From the human T2T-CHM13v2.0 reference genome, Homo sapiens: a stretch of DNA of 64,000 nucleotides. The stretch is taken from assembly GCF_009914755.1 (NCBI RefSeq), contig NC_060925.1. The stretch is one strand, 5' to 3'. Of this stretch, positions 38,065-51,993 are shown in pieces (positions within the stretch are counted from its first letter, which is position 1; each line of letters starts with the position of its first letter). A program made the translations under genes and the position numbers. Below the pieces are notes generated by a model. The model was not told the DNA's origin, made no database searches, and saw nothing but the letters and a program-made list of their open reading frames with translations.

Positions 38065-38747
38065 GTGAGTGATCCCACACTGTTACTGTCTTCACCATGA
38101 GTCTTGGTGCATATTCAGGGCCAGACGATTTCATGTTGGACTCAGTATTCCCAGCAGTCTGCATAGGGTCTGGTACGCGGTGATGTCAGAGAGCGAGTAT
38201 TGTGAGAGTAAATCCTATGACCGTGAGAATGGTTGCTGCCCACTTACGGAGTCTGGATGCTGTGTTTGCTCCATTGTGGAAAGACCAACTAGTGGTCTTC
38301 CTGTGGAGGAACAATAACTCCCTTAAAAGAATTTAGCCATTTTGAATTGGAGCCTCAGAAAGGGGCTCAGATGATTCATTGTGCTGTTTTCTCTTCACTG
38401 TACCCCCTGGAACCTGGCTGTACCTAGCCCATATAAGAAGCAGTCAGAGCCCTGTCATGCCTCTAGTTTGAGCAAAGTATCTTTTGTGACTTTGCTAAGA
38501 GTTGTTATTAGCAGCAACAATGAAGAGGATTATGTGAAGTCACGTGACTACTTGGCACACTTTAGCCCTGAGTGGCCTCTCCTTCTGACAGGGCGTCCTG
38601 GTGCAGGGGCTGCCTGGGTGAAGCCCCACATGCTATTATGCTTCTTTCTTATGTGGAGGAGTTGCCCAAAGCAGGTCCAGGGGAGAGCAGATTGAATGTT
38701 AATGACTTGGTATTAACCACTTTTTCCTCCCTCTCCTTTCTTGGCAG

Positions 38748-38803
38748 GACTGCTGTTTATGCTCATTACGAGGAGGGGCCCTGCAGAGAGCAAATGATGA
38801 CAG
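38748..38803 (+). CDS. KDM4A: KDM4A exon 16 (Zn knuckle; DCCLCSLRGGALQRANDD)
   Basis: ggcag|GAC acceptor, CAG|gtaagt donor; 56 nt. Confidence 0.96.
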
Positions 38804-40485
38804 GTAAGTTTCCTGAGCAGTGCCTTGGAATGCACAGGCTCAGTTCCGAAGCACACAGTGTCTTTGTGAGGGTACTAGCTGTTCTTCTGAATGACTGATG
38901 AGGATTTGGGAAGCACATCGTGTGGAGCAGGAATAGCATCTCCAAGACTGATTTTAAAAATGGAATGCTAAGGGAGCCAAGCAGTCCCAGACTTTCCAAC
39001 TCCAGCTGCTCCTCTGCAGCAGAGATGTCAGTGACATCCTCCTTTGGAGAAGCTAAGAATGGACTCATGAGAATATGAAGACGAAGATGATGCGCAGGGA
39101 CTGTGTGGGCTGGAGTGAGGACATTCACCTTGTCACAGCTGGGGCTGGTATGCAGAGGCGGCCACAGGCTAGCAAGCACTTCTCCACATGGCAAACTCCC
39201 TGGCTCAGACCTGCTGTTTGGAATGAGGCGAGTGTGCTCAAGGAGGACACTGAGGAGAGCTCAGACAGGCCCACCCACTATGGAACCGAATCTGCTGAAT
39301 TTTCTGGGCTTCTCAGCTGTTGGGCAGCTCGTTTTCATGGAGTGAATCTTTGTGCTTAGGCTTGTGTTTGGTTGCTCTGAGGTGGAAACGTAAGATGAAT
39401 GAGGTTTCTGACCTGGAAGAGCTAGCTGTCTAGGGCATGGTGCGTGCAGGTCAGTGCTGAGTATCCTGCTTCCAAGTAGAATCCCGTGGCAACTTGCAGC
39501 ATATGTTCAGTCCAGCCGCCTGCCCTCAAGAGTCCCAGTTATGCTGTCCCTGAGAGATAGCTACTCTGCCTGCTGCTTCTGCTCCTTCAAAGGCACTTGC
39601 TGCCATTATTTGAGGTCACTGGGTTCCTCACAGTCACAGGATAGTGCTGGGAACATTCTTTCTTATTTGGAGTGGAAATGGCTGTGCTTGAATCTCTCAC
39701 CTTTACCTCTGAATGCCTGTTCTGCCCTCCAGGGCCACACAGAACAAATCTGTTCCCACTCTAAAAAGACAGCCCCACTAGAACTGCAGAGAGCTTCCAT
39801 GGAGCCCCAGTGTTGTCTGGTGTAGGTTTTCACGTAGCATGGTTTTAAGAGTTGTCACCATTTTCGTTCTTCTCCTCTTGATGCATGCTGGTTTCCCAAA
39901 ATGTCCAAAACTTACTTTAATTCTTAAGGATGTCCGTTGAATAGACCTCTCAGAGTAAGTGGGGCTTGGGTCAGACCTTAAAGATTAAAGAGTGAGTCAG
40001 CTATGGAAAAAGGGAGCAGAAGGGAGAGGTCATTTCAGCCTGGGGGAGAGGTTTGGGCAGAGGCCGAGAGAGAGCTGTGATTACTGGCAGATTAGGGCAC
40101 AGCCGGGGACGTTTTCAGGAAGCACTTGGGTCCTATGGTAAAGAGGTCTGCATAGAGCTTTCCAGTTTATTCTCACTCCCTGAGACCTGCCACACACCAT
40201 TAGCCTGCAGCTCTGTTCATTTTTCAACAGAGTGGTGTAAGAAGCATGATCCGGTGCTAACCTAGGGCAGTGGGCAGTGGCCTAGGTGGGCAGTGGGGGT
40301 GGCACTGCTTCCACATACTCAGAGGAGAGACGGTTCTGGTTCTCACCTTCCTGGGTCCCAGGCATGTGCTGGTGGAAGTCAGTGGTCACCCAGGTGAGGG
40401 AGGAAGCGCTGTCAGCAGGCCCAAAAGAGAAGGCCACAGAGCCTTGGGCCCAGAGGTGACTGAGGGAGCCTTTGCCTTTTGGCAG

Positions 40486-40594
40486 GTGGGTCCACGTTTC
40501 ATGTGCTGTGGCAATTCTGGAAGCAAGGTTTGTCAACATTGCAGAAAGAAGTCCGGTGGATGTGAGCAAAATCCCCCTGCCCCGCTTCAAACTG
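40486..40594 (+). CDS. KDM4A: KDM4A exon 17 ([16 protein letters not shown]...PRFKL)
   Basis: ggcag|GTGG acceptor, CTG|gtaagg donor; 109 nt. Confidence 0.96.
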
Positions 40595-40726
40595 GTAAGG
40601 GCTTGTAGACTCTACATAATTTCCCGACTTACAAGTTTCTGGGTAGAAGAGAACAGGGACCTCCTGTACCCCTTGGTTTTGGTTAGAGTTTGTGATTCTC
40701 ACTCTGTGGTTAGATTCCTTAGTGGA

Positions 40727-41060
<334 letters not shown>

Positions 41061-41199
41061 TTAGAGCAGGCTGGTGTGTCCTTGTATTTTGGGAAGGGGC
41101 TGGCTCTTGCTTGCTTGGCTTTGCATTTGGGAGGGGAACAACAGAGGAAGCTGCAGTGCCAGTTCCTGCAATCACTGGTTTTCTTCCCCTGTGCTACAG

Positions 41200-41385
41200 A
41201 AATGTATCTTCTGTAAGAAGCGGAGGAAAAGAACTGCTGGCTGCTGTGTGCAGTGTTCTCACGGCCGCTGCCCAACTGCCTTCCATGTGAGCTGCGCCCA
41301 GGCTGCCGGTGTGATGATGCAGCCTGACGACTGGCCTTTTGTGGTCTTCATTACCTGCTTTCGGCACAAGATTCCTAATTTGGAG
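41200..41385 (+). CDS. KDM4A: KDM4A exon 18 (PHD2)
   Basis: tacag|AAA acceptor, GAG|gtgaga donor; 186 nt; KCIFC...CVQC...C...FHVSC...CFRH. Confidence 0.97.
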
Positions 41386-41499
41386 GTGAGAGAGGGTGTC
41401 ATTCTAGAATCCTCTTGACAGTTTTCATGGTCATTTTCTCTGCATGTTTTCCATTTGTTGTATCAGCAACTATTTCCTCAAGCATTCTGCATTATGAAG

Positions 41500-43750
41500 A
41501 GTGCTAATGAGTTAAGAGATTGAGAGGTGGCCCCTGTCCATCTCCACTCCCTGCCTTGTACTCCATAAGCCAGTGACACCAAACTGCTTGTAGTTGATTC
41601 GTTTTGATTATCTCTTTACTTGTCTGCCTCTCCATCAGAATAAACTCCTTGAGGGTCCATATCTTATTAATGTGGTCATCCTTATTACTTAACCTAGTGT
41701 CCGGGACATGCAGAACCTCTGAAAATGTTGAGAACAAATGGGGAGAGCTCCCAAGAGTTAACCATGAATTGCCAGACAGTAGAGATTTCTGCAGTTCTCT
41801 TAATGGTAAAGCTTAGAGAAAAAGTGACATGTAATGTTAGCTAGAGGAGCTCTGAAGAGGATTGGGTAGACGGTGGCATTTGAAGTGGGTCTTAAACAAT
41901 AAGAAGGAATTGTATGCAGAGACTGTTGTGTGCAGAGCTTGAGAAACAGAATGAACAGGTCGCAGAAGAAGGATCATGAAAGACTGGTTATGGGAGTGTG
42001 ACGGTGTGTGGGAGTGTGATGCTTGAGAGGCGGACAACGGCAGAGGATGAAGGCCCTGCACTGCCACTCTCAGGACTCTGACCTGTCTTCACTGGATGAG
42101 AACTTGTTGAATATTTTGATTCTGCATTATAGTTTTTGATAATCACTCAGGTGGTTGTTTGAAGAGAGGATTCAGAGTAAGAATTTGAGGCTGGAAAACC
42201 AGTTAGTCCAGGAGAGAGTGAGGTCTGAAATGGGAACACATAGGCAGGGCTTTGGGGTACATTTAACTTTGAGATCCTCCAACAGGTAGAACTGATAGGG
42301 TTTATTGACCCTCGTGGGTTGAGGAGAGAAGGGGAGAGGAGGAGGAAAGGGGGAGTGAATATTGAAGATGACTCAGGTTACTCCCTTGAGAGATGGGAAG
42401 GATGCTAATATGATGTTAGTAACTGCAATCAGGAACTGAGATGAAGCAGTGTTGCTCTGCAAGGGAGAGAAGGAGGGATGAGAAAGAGGAAAGTAAATGC
42501 TGAGGTCACTGGAGCATTCTGGAGAGTAACTGTGAGGGTAAAGATTTGGCTATTAGCATTTAACAGCATAGTTAAATCTAGTTCCCATTAGAAACTGGGC
42601 TCTGGAGATTCCCAGTGGGAGAAGCAGGTAGCAGAGCATGAACCAGTGAAAGCAGTTGAGAAAGTGAAGCAAGCCAGTGGGAGGAAGGAGGGTCATATCC
42701 AACAGAGAAGGCAGGGCTGGTGTGGTGGTCACTAAGTACCACAAACTGGAGTGTCCCTGTGGAGTAGTCAGGTCAGAAGCCAGACCGTAGTTGGGGAAGG
42801 CTCTGCCATGAGTGAGTTACAATCTAATAGAAGAGGCGATCATACAAGTTTGACAACAGTGTGGTAAATACATAATCAAAGGAAGAACGTGATAGATGGC
42901 CAGCCCAGAAGGATGAACTTTTCACTCTGCCATTTGGGGTTGCAGAAAAGTCCTGGTTGGCTGACTGCATTCTTTTTCATAAAGATGTTGAACGTGACAG
43001 GTGGTCAGGGGTATGATAGGAAGGACCTTAGGAAGATGGGAACATATTGTATGTGAGAATGAGACTCCGGAGTGTCTCAAGGGCCCTGCCCTAGCCATCC
43101 CTGGTGCCCTCACCATGCCCTTCTCATTCTGAACTTGCCCTTAATGCAAGTAAAAACTTGAGGTAGTACTGAGTCACAGCTATGATAGGGAAGAGTTTTT
43201 TCATACACAGAATAGTTATTTTGTGATAATCATTAATACTCCACATGCTTAAGCTGGCAGCTGTAGACTGCTGGTGCTATGAGGAAATTGGGGGGACTGA
43301 TGAGTTAGTAGTTTTTTCACTGATTTATTCTTCAAATGTTTATTGAGCATTTACTATATGCCAGGCACAGTTTTAGGTGCCAGGACTATACCATTGAACA
43401 AGACAAAAAAAGTCCTTGCCCTTCTGGTGCATACAGTATAGTTGAAGGACACATAGAAGCAAGTAAATACACAGTATAGCAGATGGTGAGAAGTGCAGGG
43501 ATAAAAATTAAGTCAGATAAGGGGAATGGAAGATGAAGTAGTAAGGAATGACATCAATAAGTTGACACTGGGATGGGAGTCAGTGTGCAAGTAACTGGGG
43601 AATGGCATCTCAGGTAGAAGAACCAGCAGTGTCGAAGCCCTGGGTGGCAGCACATATGGCACACTCATTCAGGGAACAGCAAGGGGGGCCAGCATGGCTG
43701 GGGCAGAGTGCCTGGGCAGGCTAGCAGGCGTGCTTGGAAATGAGGCCGTC
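41500..43750. mobile_element. Several L2 fragments
   Basis: TTTATTGAGCATTTACTATATGCCAGGCAC (about 43340) and purine-rich L2-like tracts. Confidence 0.6.
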
Positions 43751-44334
43751 ACATACTTTGTGATCCTGTTTGCATCAAGGGCAAGTTCAGAATGAGAAGG
43801 GCATGGTTGAGGGCACCAGAGATGGCAATGGCAGGGCCCTTGGAATGGGGGACAGTTTGTTGTGTGTAGCTGGAGACATCTGGGAAACCTAAGTCTTTGT
43901 GCCCTAGCCCTGAGGGTAATGCTGCAGGTGCTAAGATGTGGTGCAGCTTTGCCTGGCGGCCCAGGCCTCAGGGCACCTATTGAGTCTCTCCTTCGATACT
44001 TTGATGTCAGTTCTTGGCAAGATCAGAGGTCCATGTTGTTGTTCAGAGAGTTCTGGGTAAGATAATATGGTATAAGGGCCAGTTGTGGACTAGCTAAATT
44101 TATGGGAAGAGCTAAATTTATGGAGGAAATGTGGTACTGGTCTCTTCCAATGTCCTGGCTGGGATGGTGGGTATCTGGAAAGGCTTGTTTTAGCTCCCAT
44201 CTCTTCTCTCCTTTTTACTTTTACTTTCCCATGCTTATCTTTCCCTGATAAGGAGGAACTAATTGATCTTCATCTCCATATGCCAGGCCTGCAAACTCCA
44301 CGTGTGAGTAACCAAAGCCTCTGTTTTTTTCCAG

Positions 44335-44505
44335 CGTGCCAAGGGGGCCTTGCAAAGCATCACTGCAGGCCAGAAAGTCATTAGCAAGCATAAGAACGGG
44401 CGCTTCTACCAGTGTGAAGTGGTCAGGCTCACCACCGAGACCTTCTATGAAGTCAACTTTGATGATGGCTCCTTCAGCGACAATCTTTATCCTGAGGACA
44501 TAGTG
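44335..44505 (+). CDS. KDM4A: KDM4A exon 19 (Tudor 1)
   Basis: tccag|CGT acceptor, GTG|gtaata donor; 171 nt; YEVNFDDGSFSDNLYPEDIV. Confidence 0.97.
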
Positions 44506-45277
44506 GTAATATCTGCAAGGAGCTTCTCAGGCAGTTTGGAATGGGGGGATGTTTCTAAGGTCTGGCTGGCAGACTGTGTGTGTATGCCTGCTTCTTCTAG
44601 CCAGGTCCCTGGTCCCATCACCATGTCCTCAAACAGAAAGAATCATCTGTACCAGTCTTTCTTTGCAAAGAAAACTGCGTGCTGCTAGGGTACCCTATTT
44701 TCCCTAGAAGTACCTGGGAATCAGTATTTTCTGCAATTCCTTGAAACCTGCATCTGTTGCCGTCTAAATTATCCTTGAGGGCATTCTAGTGCAATAGGAG
44801 AGCCCAGGCTTTGGAATCAAATATGCCAATACCAGCTTCATTGCCTAGTAGCTGTGTGATTTTAGGGGAATTATCCAACTCTCTTTTCTATCAGGCCCTC
44901 TTAGTAGATGTATAGAATCTGCTTTTGTCTCTTCACAGTGGGCTTTAGGGCTAAGTAGAAACTGCCTGGAGACACCCTTGGCCTGTTTATGTTATCAACA
45001 CCTGAGACACAGTGGCCCCACATGGACCCAGTCCTAGGTCTGGCTTGGTAGTGAGGACTTAGTTCAGGTTTCCCCTACCCCCACCTTGCCTTTTCAGTTG
45101 GTAGACTGACCACCAAAGTAGAGAGGAATGAAACCATTTTTTCCTTTAACAAATCAGGTATTGTCCCATGTTTATACCACATTAGCCACTCAGTTGCTAA
45201 AAGCACATTCATTAGTTATAAGGTAGACTTATAGAAAAGGCGACATTAGTAGTACTCATAGCAGTAGCATAGCTATC

Positions 45278-45890
<613 letters not shown>

Positions 45891-46009
45891 CTTGCTGTAA
45901 TTTATTAAGCTGGTACAGTATGCCAGGCACTATGCTAAGTGGTTATTTCAAGTATCTCTTTATCTTCTCATACCCACTGTGAGAAGGATGTGGTATTATC
46001 TCTAACTTA

Positions 46010-48727
<2,718 letters not shown>

Positions 48728-49240
48728 TTATAGGAGGTGGAACTGAATTGCAGAGAACTTAAACAATTTATCAAATATCAAACATTTGAGTAGTTAAATC
48801 TTAGAACACCTCAGATATTGGGTGTAGGAGGCTGTAGTTTATGCCTAATTGTTAGATTGATACAAAATGTATTTACTGATTACCTATTCAGTAAATGAAT
48901 TGTCAATAAGTAGGGAACTGTTTCCACTCAATAAATGAACTGTAGCATGATTGTAAGAGCAGATGTGAGCATCCACATCCTTTTAGACTCACTGCCCTGC
49001 CCCTCTCTCATTTTTTAAGCCATGTCCCTAAGGACCTTCTCCCAGGTATACCTATCAGACCTTTCATTCAGCCAATATGCTGAATGAAATATCCCCCCGT
49101 ATACCAAGCCCTATGCTGGGAATACGATGAGGACTTGGGGTACTTACCTGCTTCTGGAAGGAATAAAAGTTCTGAAGTACTTTGCCAGGTCCCATGGTAG
49201 GTGACTCTTTTTCATCTTTCCTGTTAAGAACATATTTCTT

Positions 49241-49733
49241 GGTTGGGCACAGTGGCTCATGCCTGTAATCCCACCACTTTGGCAAGCCGAGGCAGGCAGA
49301 TCACCTGAGGTAAGGAGTTCGAGACCAGACTGGCCAACATGGTGAAACCCCGTCTCTACTAAAAATACAAAGATTAGCTGGGCATGGTGGCACGTGCCTG
49401 TTGTCCCAGCTACTCGGGAGGCTGAGGCAGGAGGATTGCTAGAACCCAGGAGGCTGAGGTTGCAATGAGCCAAGATCAGGCCACTGTATTCCAGCGTGAT
49501 CTCAGCTCTCTGCAAGCTCCGCCTCCTGGGTTCACACCATTCTCCTGCCTCAGACTCCCGAGTAGCTGGGACTACAGGCGCCTGCCACCACACCTGGCTA
49601 ATTTTTTGCATTTTTAGTAGAGATGGGGTTTCACCATGTTAGCCAGGATGGTCTTGATCTCCTGACCTGGTGATCTGCCTGCCTCAGCCTCCCAAAGTGC
49701 TGCGATTACAGGCATGAGCCACCGTGCCTGGCC
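49241..49733. mobile_element. Fused inverted Alu pair (sense 49241-49495; antisense 49496-49733)
   Basis: Junction TTCCAGC|GTGATCTCAG with no tails or spacer. Confidence 0.92.
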
Positions 49734-50108
49734 AAAAAAAACACATGTCTTATAGTTGAGTATGGTTCTAGTATTTCTTCATGGCAGAGCCCTGGAGAAC
49801 CCGCAGGGGAACAGTTGAGGGAATGTAAGAAGGACTCTTGATTCTGGCACTTAACTCCTGTGTTTACTAAGTTTGTTATAGCTGGATTTTTTTTTTTTTT
49901 TTGGTCACCTAGAAGCAGGAGAGGGCAGAGATAGGGGCAGACTTTGACTTAGCAAGGTCTTTAACTGTTAACATTTTTCAGCCCAGAGAGCTGCCTTGCT
50001 CTCTAAAACAGTTACTTTGTCCTGGTTCACTCTTCCCTGAGTAGAGGACAGTTACCTTTGTGTGCAGGTGGACGTTCCTTTCACCCTCCTTCCTTCCTGT
50101 TTCCTCAG

Positions 50109-50228
50109 AGCCAGGACTGTCTCCAGTTTGGTCCTCCTGCTGAAGGGGAAGTGGTCCAAGTGAGATGGACAGACGGCCAAGTCTATGGAGCCAAGTTTGT
50201 GGCCTCCCACCCTATCCAAATGTACCAG
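50109..50228 (+). CDS. KDM4A: KDM4A exon 20 (Tudor 2; [10 protein letters not shown]...PIQMYQ)
   Basis: ctcag|AGC acceptor, CAG|gtatcc donor; 120 nt. Confidence 0.96.
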
Positions 50229-50511
50229 GTATCCAAAGTTCTACCTTTCTAGGGAGTGGGGGGTGCTTGATTAATTCTGTGCTTCCTGTTGGGCCAGAGG
50301 CGAGTCTTTGCTCTTAGGAGAACTAATAGGTTGGTAACCCTTTCAGAGCTAGGGGTCTGCCCTGTTTCCAGTCTGCCAAATGTGAAGTAAGGTAGTTGTT
50401 ATTTTAGTGTTCTAACTCCTTCCTTTGACTGTAGGGGACTGCCACTGTGCATGGTGGACCAGGGAAAGAGTCAGGGATATCCTAGCCAAAAGGCCTTTGT
50501 TTCCTTGGTAG

Positions 50512-50604
50512 GTGGAGTTTGAGGATGGCTCACAACTTGTGGTTAAGAGAGATGATGTATACACACTGGATGAAGAGCTTCCCAAGAGAGTCAAATCTAG
50601 ACTG
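50512..50604 (+). CDS. KDM4A: KDM4A exon 21 ([31 protein letters not shown])
   Basis: ggtag|GTG acceptor, CTG|gtgagt donor; 93 nt. Confidence 0.96.
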
Positions 50605-50721
50605 GTGAGTATTTTCTGTGTCCCCCCAGTTCCTGTCTTGGAGGGAGGGAACAAGTCAAGGATGCATCCCTTTGTATTGTTCCTGGGGTAGCTGACACTT
50701 GGCTTGCTTATTCTTCTATAG

Positions 50722-50862
50722 TCAGTAGCCTCAGACATGCGCTTCAATGAGATTTTCACAGAGAAAGAGGTTAAGCAAGAAAAGAAACGGCAACGAGTTA
50801 TCAACTCAAGATACCGGGAAGATTATATTGAGCCTGCACTATACCGGGCCATCATGGAGTAG
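50722..50862 (+). CDS. KDM4A: KDM4A exon 22, coding part (SVASDMRF...YRAIME*)
   Basis: tatag|TCA acceptor; TAG stop at 50860-50862; cumulative length gives 1064 aa. Confidence 0.97.
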   Translation, partial: SVASDMRFNEIFTEKEVKQEKKRQRVINSRYREDYIEPALYRAIME

Positions 50863-51257
50863 GTGCTTCCAGGGTCCAAGGGATTCTCAGCCATCCAGGC
50901 AAGAGCACTCTGGGTTCCACAGCACAGCAGACATGGAACGCTGAAGTCTCTGAAAGTGAAGTTGTAAAAAGAAAAGGAATGAAATAACCGACCCATCATC
51001 TTCTCACCCACCCTCATTGCATTCCGCTGTAGTGAAAGGACGAGCCATTTCTGGGCACGTGGCAGCAGTCGCTGATCTCCCAGCTGAGGGGCTGAGCACT
51101 GGAATGCTGTGGCTGCACTGGCCCCAGTCCATAGAGGGGTCAACTATGCTGGCTGGACTGGCTGCCTTGTTCCTGGCCTAGGACTTAGCTTCATAACTAT
51201 CACCTGCACCGACTAGGCTGAGGTGCTGGTACTTGCCCCAACCCCTACTTTTGTATT

Positions 51258-51263
51258 TATATG

Positions 51264-51295
<32 letters not shown>

Positions 51296-51302
51296 TGTAT
51301 GT
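51258..51302. repeat. Compound (TA)(TG)n(CGTG)n microsatellite in the 3'UTR
   Basis: 45 bp of uninterrupted purine/pyrimidine alternation. Confidence 0.95.
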
Positions 51303-51987
51303 TTGGTCTGGACCAGCTTCTGCCAGCCCCTGGCCTTTACTTTCTTCCTTGCCTATGCAGGGCAAACAAAATGTGAAATTCTGCCCTCAGCTGAGCTGAG
51401 TAAGGGCTCCTGGGGGTTGGCTGGAGATGGGTGTGGCATCTGTCCAGGCCTGGAACCGTCTCAAGACAGTGCTGGCAAAGCTGCAGTATTGAGATGCTAA
51501 GGAGCTGATGCCACCTCTTTGTCTTCCCCTAAAGGAGAACATGGGGATAACATGGGTGTGTGCCCACAACACTCTAGGTGCAGAGCCCCTGTGGCAAAGT
51601 ATTACAGGGTGTGGGTGGGGATTACCCTGAATCGGGGATTTTAATGATGGAAGCAGGCAGAGCCTGGTGGGTGATTCTGTCAACAGAAAATTGCAATCAT
51701 GCAGGGGCTGGGAGGGTTAGGATGAAAAAACTGGGGCCATTGGAGGCCCACTGTAGGTGGGAGGGAGCTGATTTTGGGGTGGGGGGTGGGACTAGAGGGC
51801 AATACTGAAGGGGTTAAACAGGTTTTTGCTCCTCAAGAATTTGTTTGCCTGGGCCCAGGATTGGAGGGCTTCACACCAATACCCTGTGTATACAAGAATC
51901 AGATTTATAATACTTCCCCTTTTTTGTTACGTATGAACACTATAAACCAAATTATTTTGAAAACTGGTGCATCACCTTGTCCTTAGC

Positions 51988-51993
51988 AATAAA
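51988..51993 (+). terminator. KDM4A: KDM4A polyadenylation signal AATAAA
   Basis: Canonical hexamer with upstream U-rich/TGTA elements and downstream GT-containing sequence. Confidence 0.85.

Noticed and set aside
50412-50804. 130-aa antisense ORF over exons 21-22
   Set aside because: Shadow frame of coding sequence with no recognisable domain
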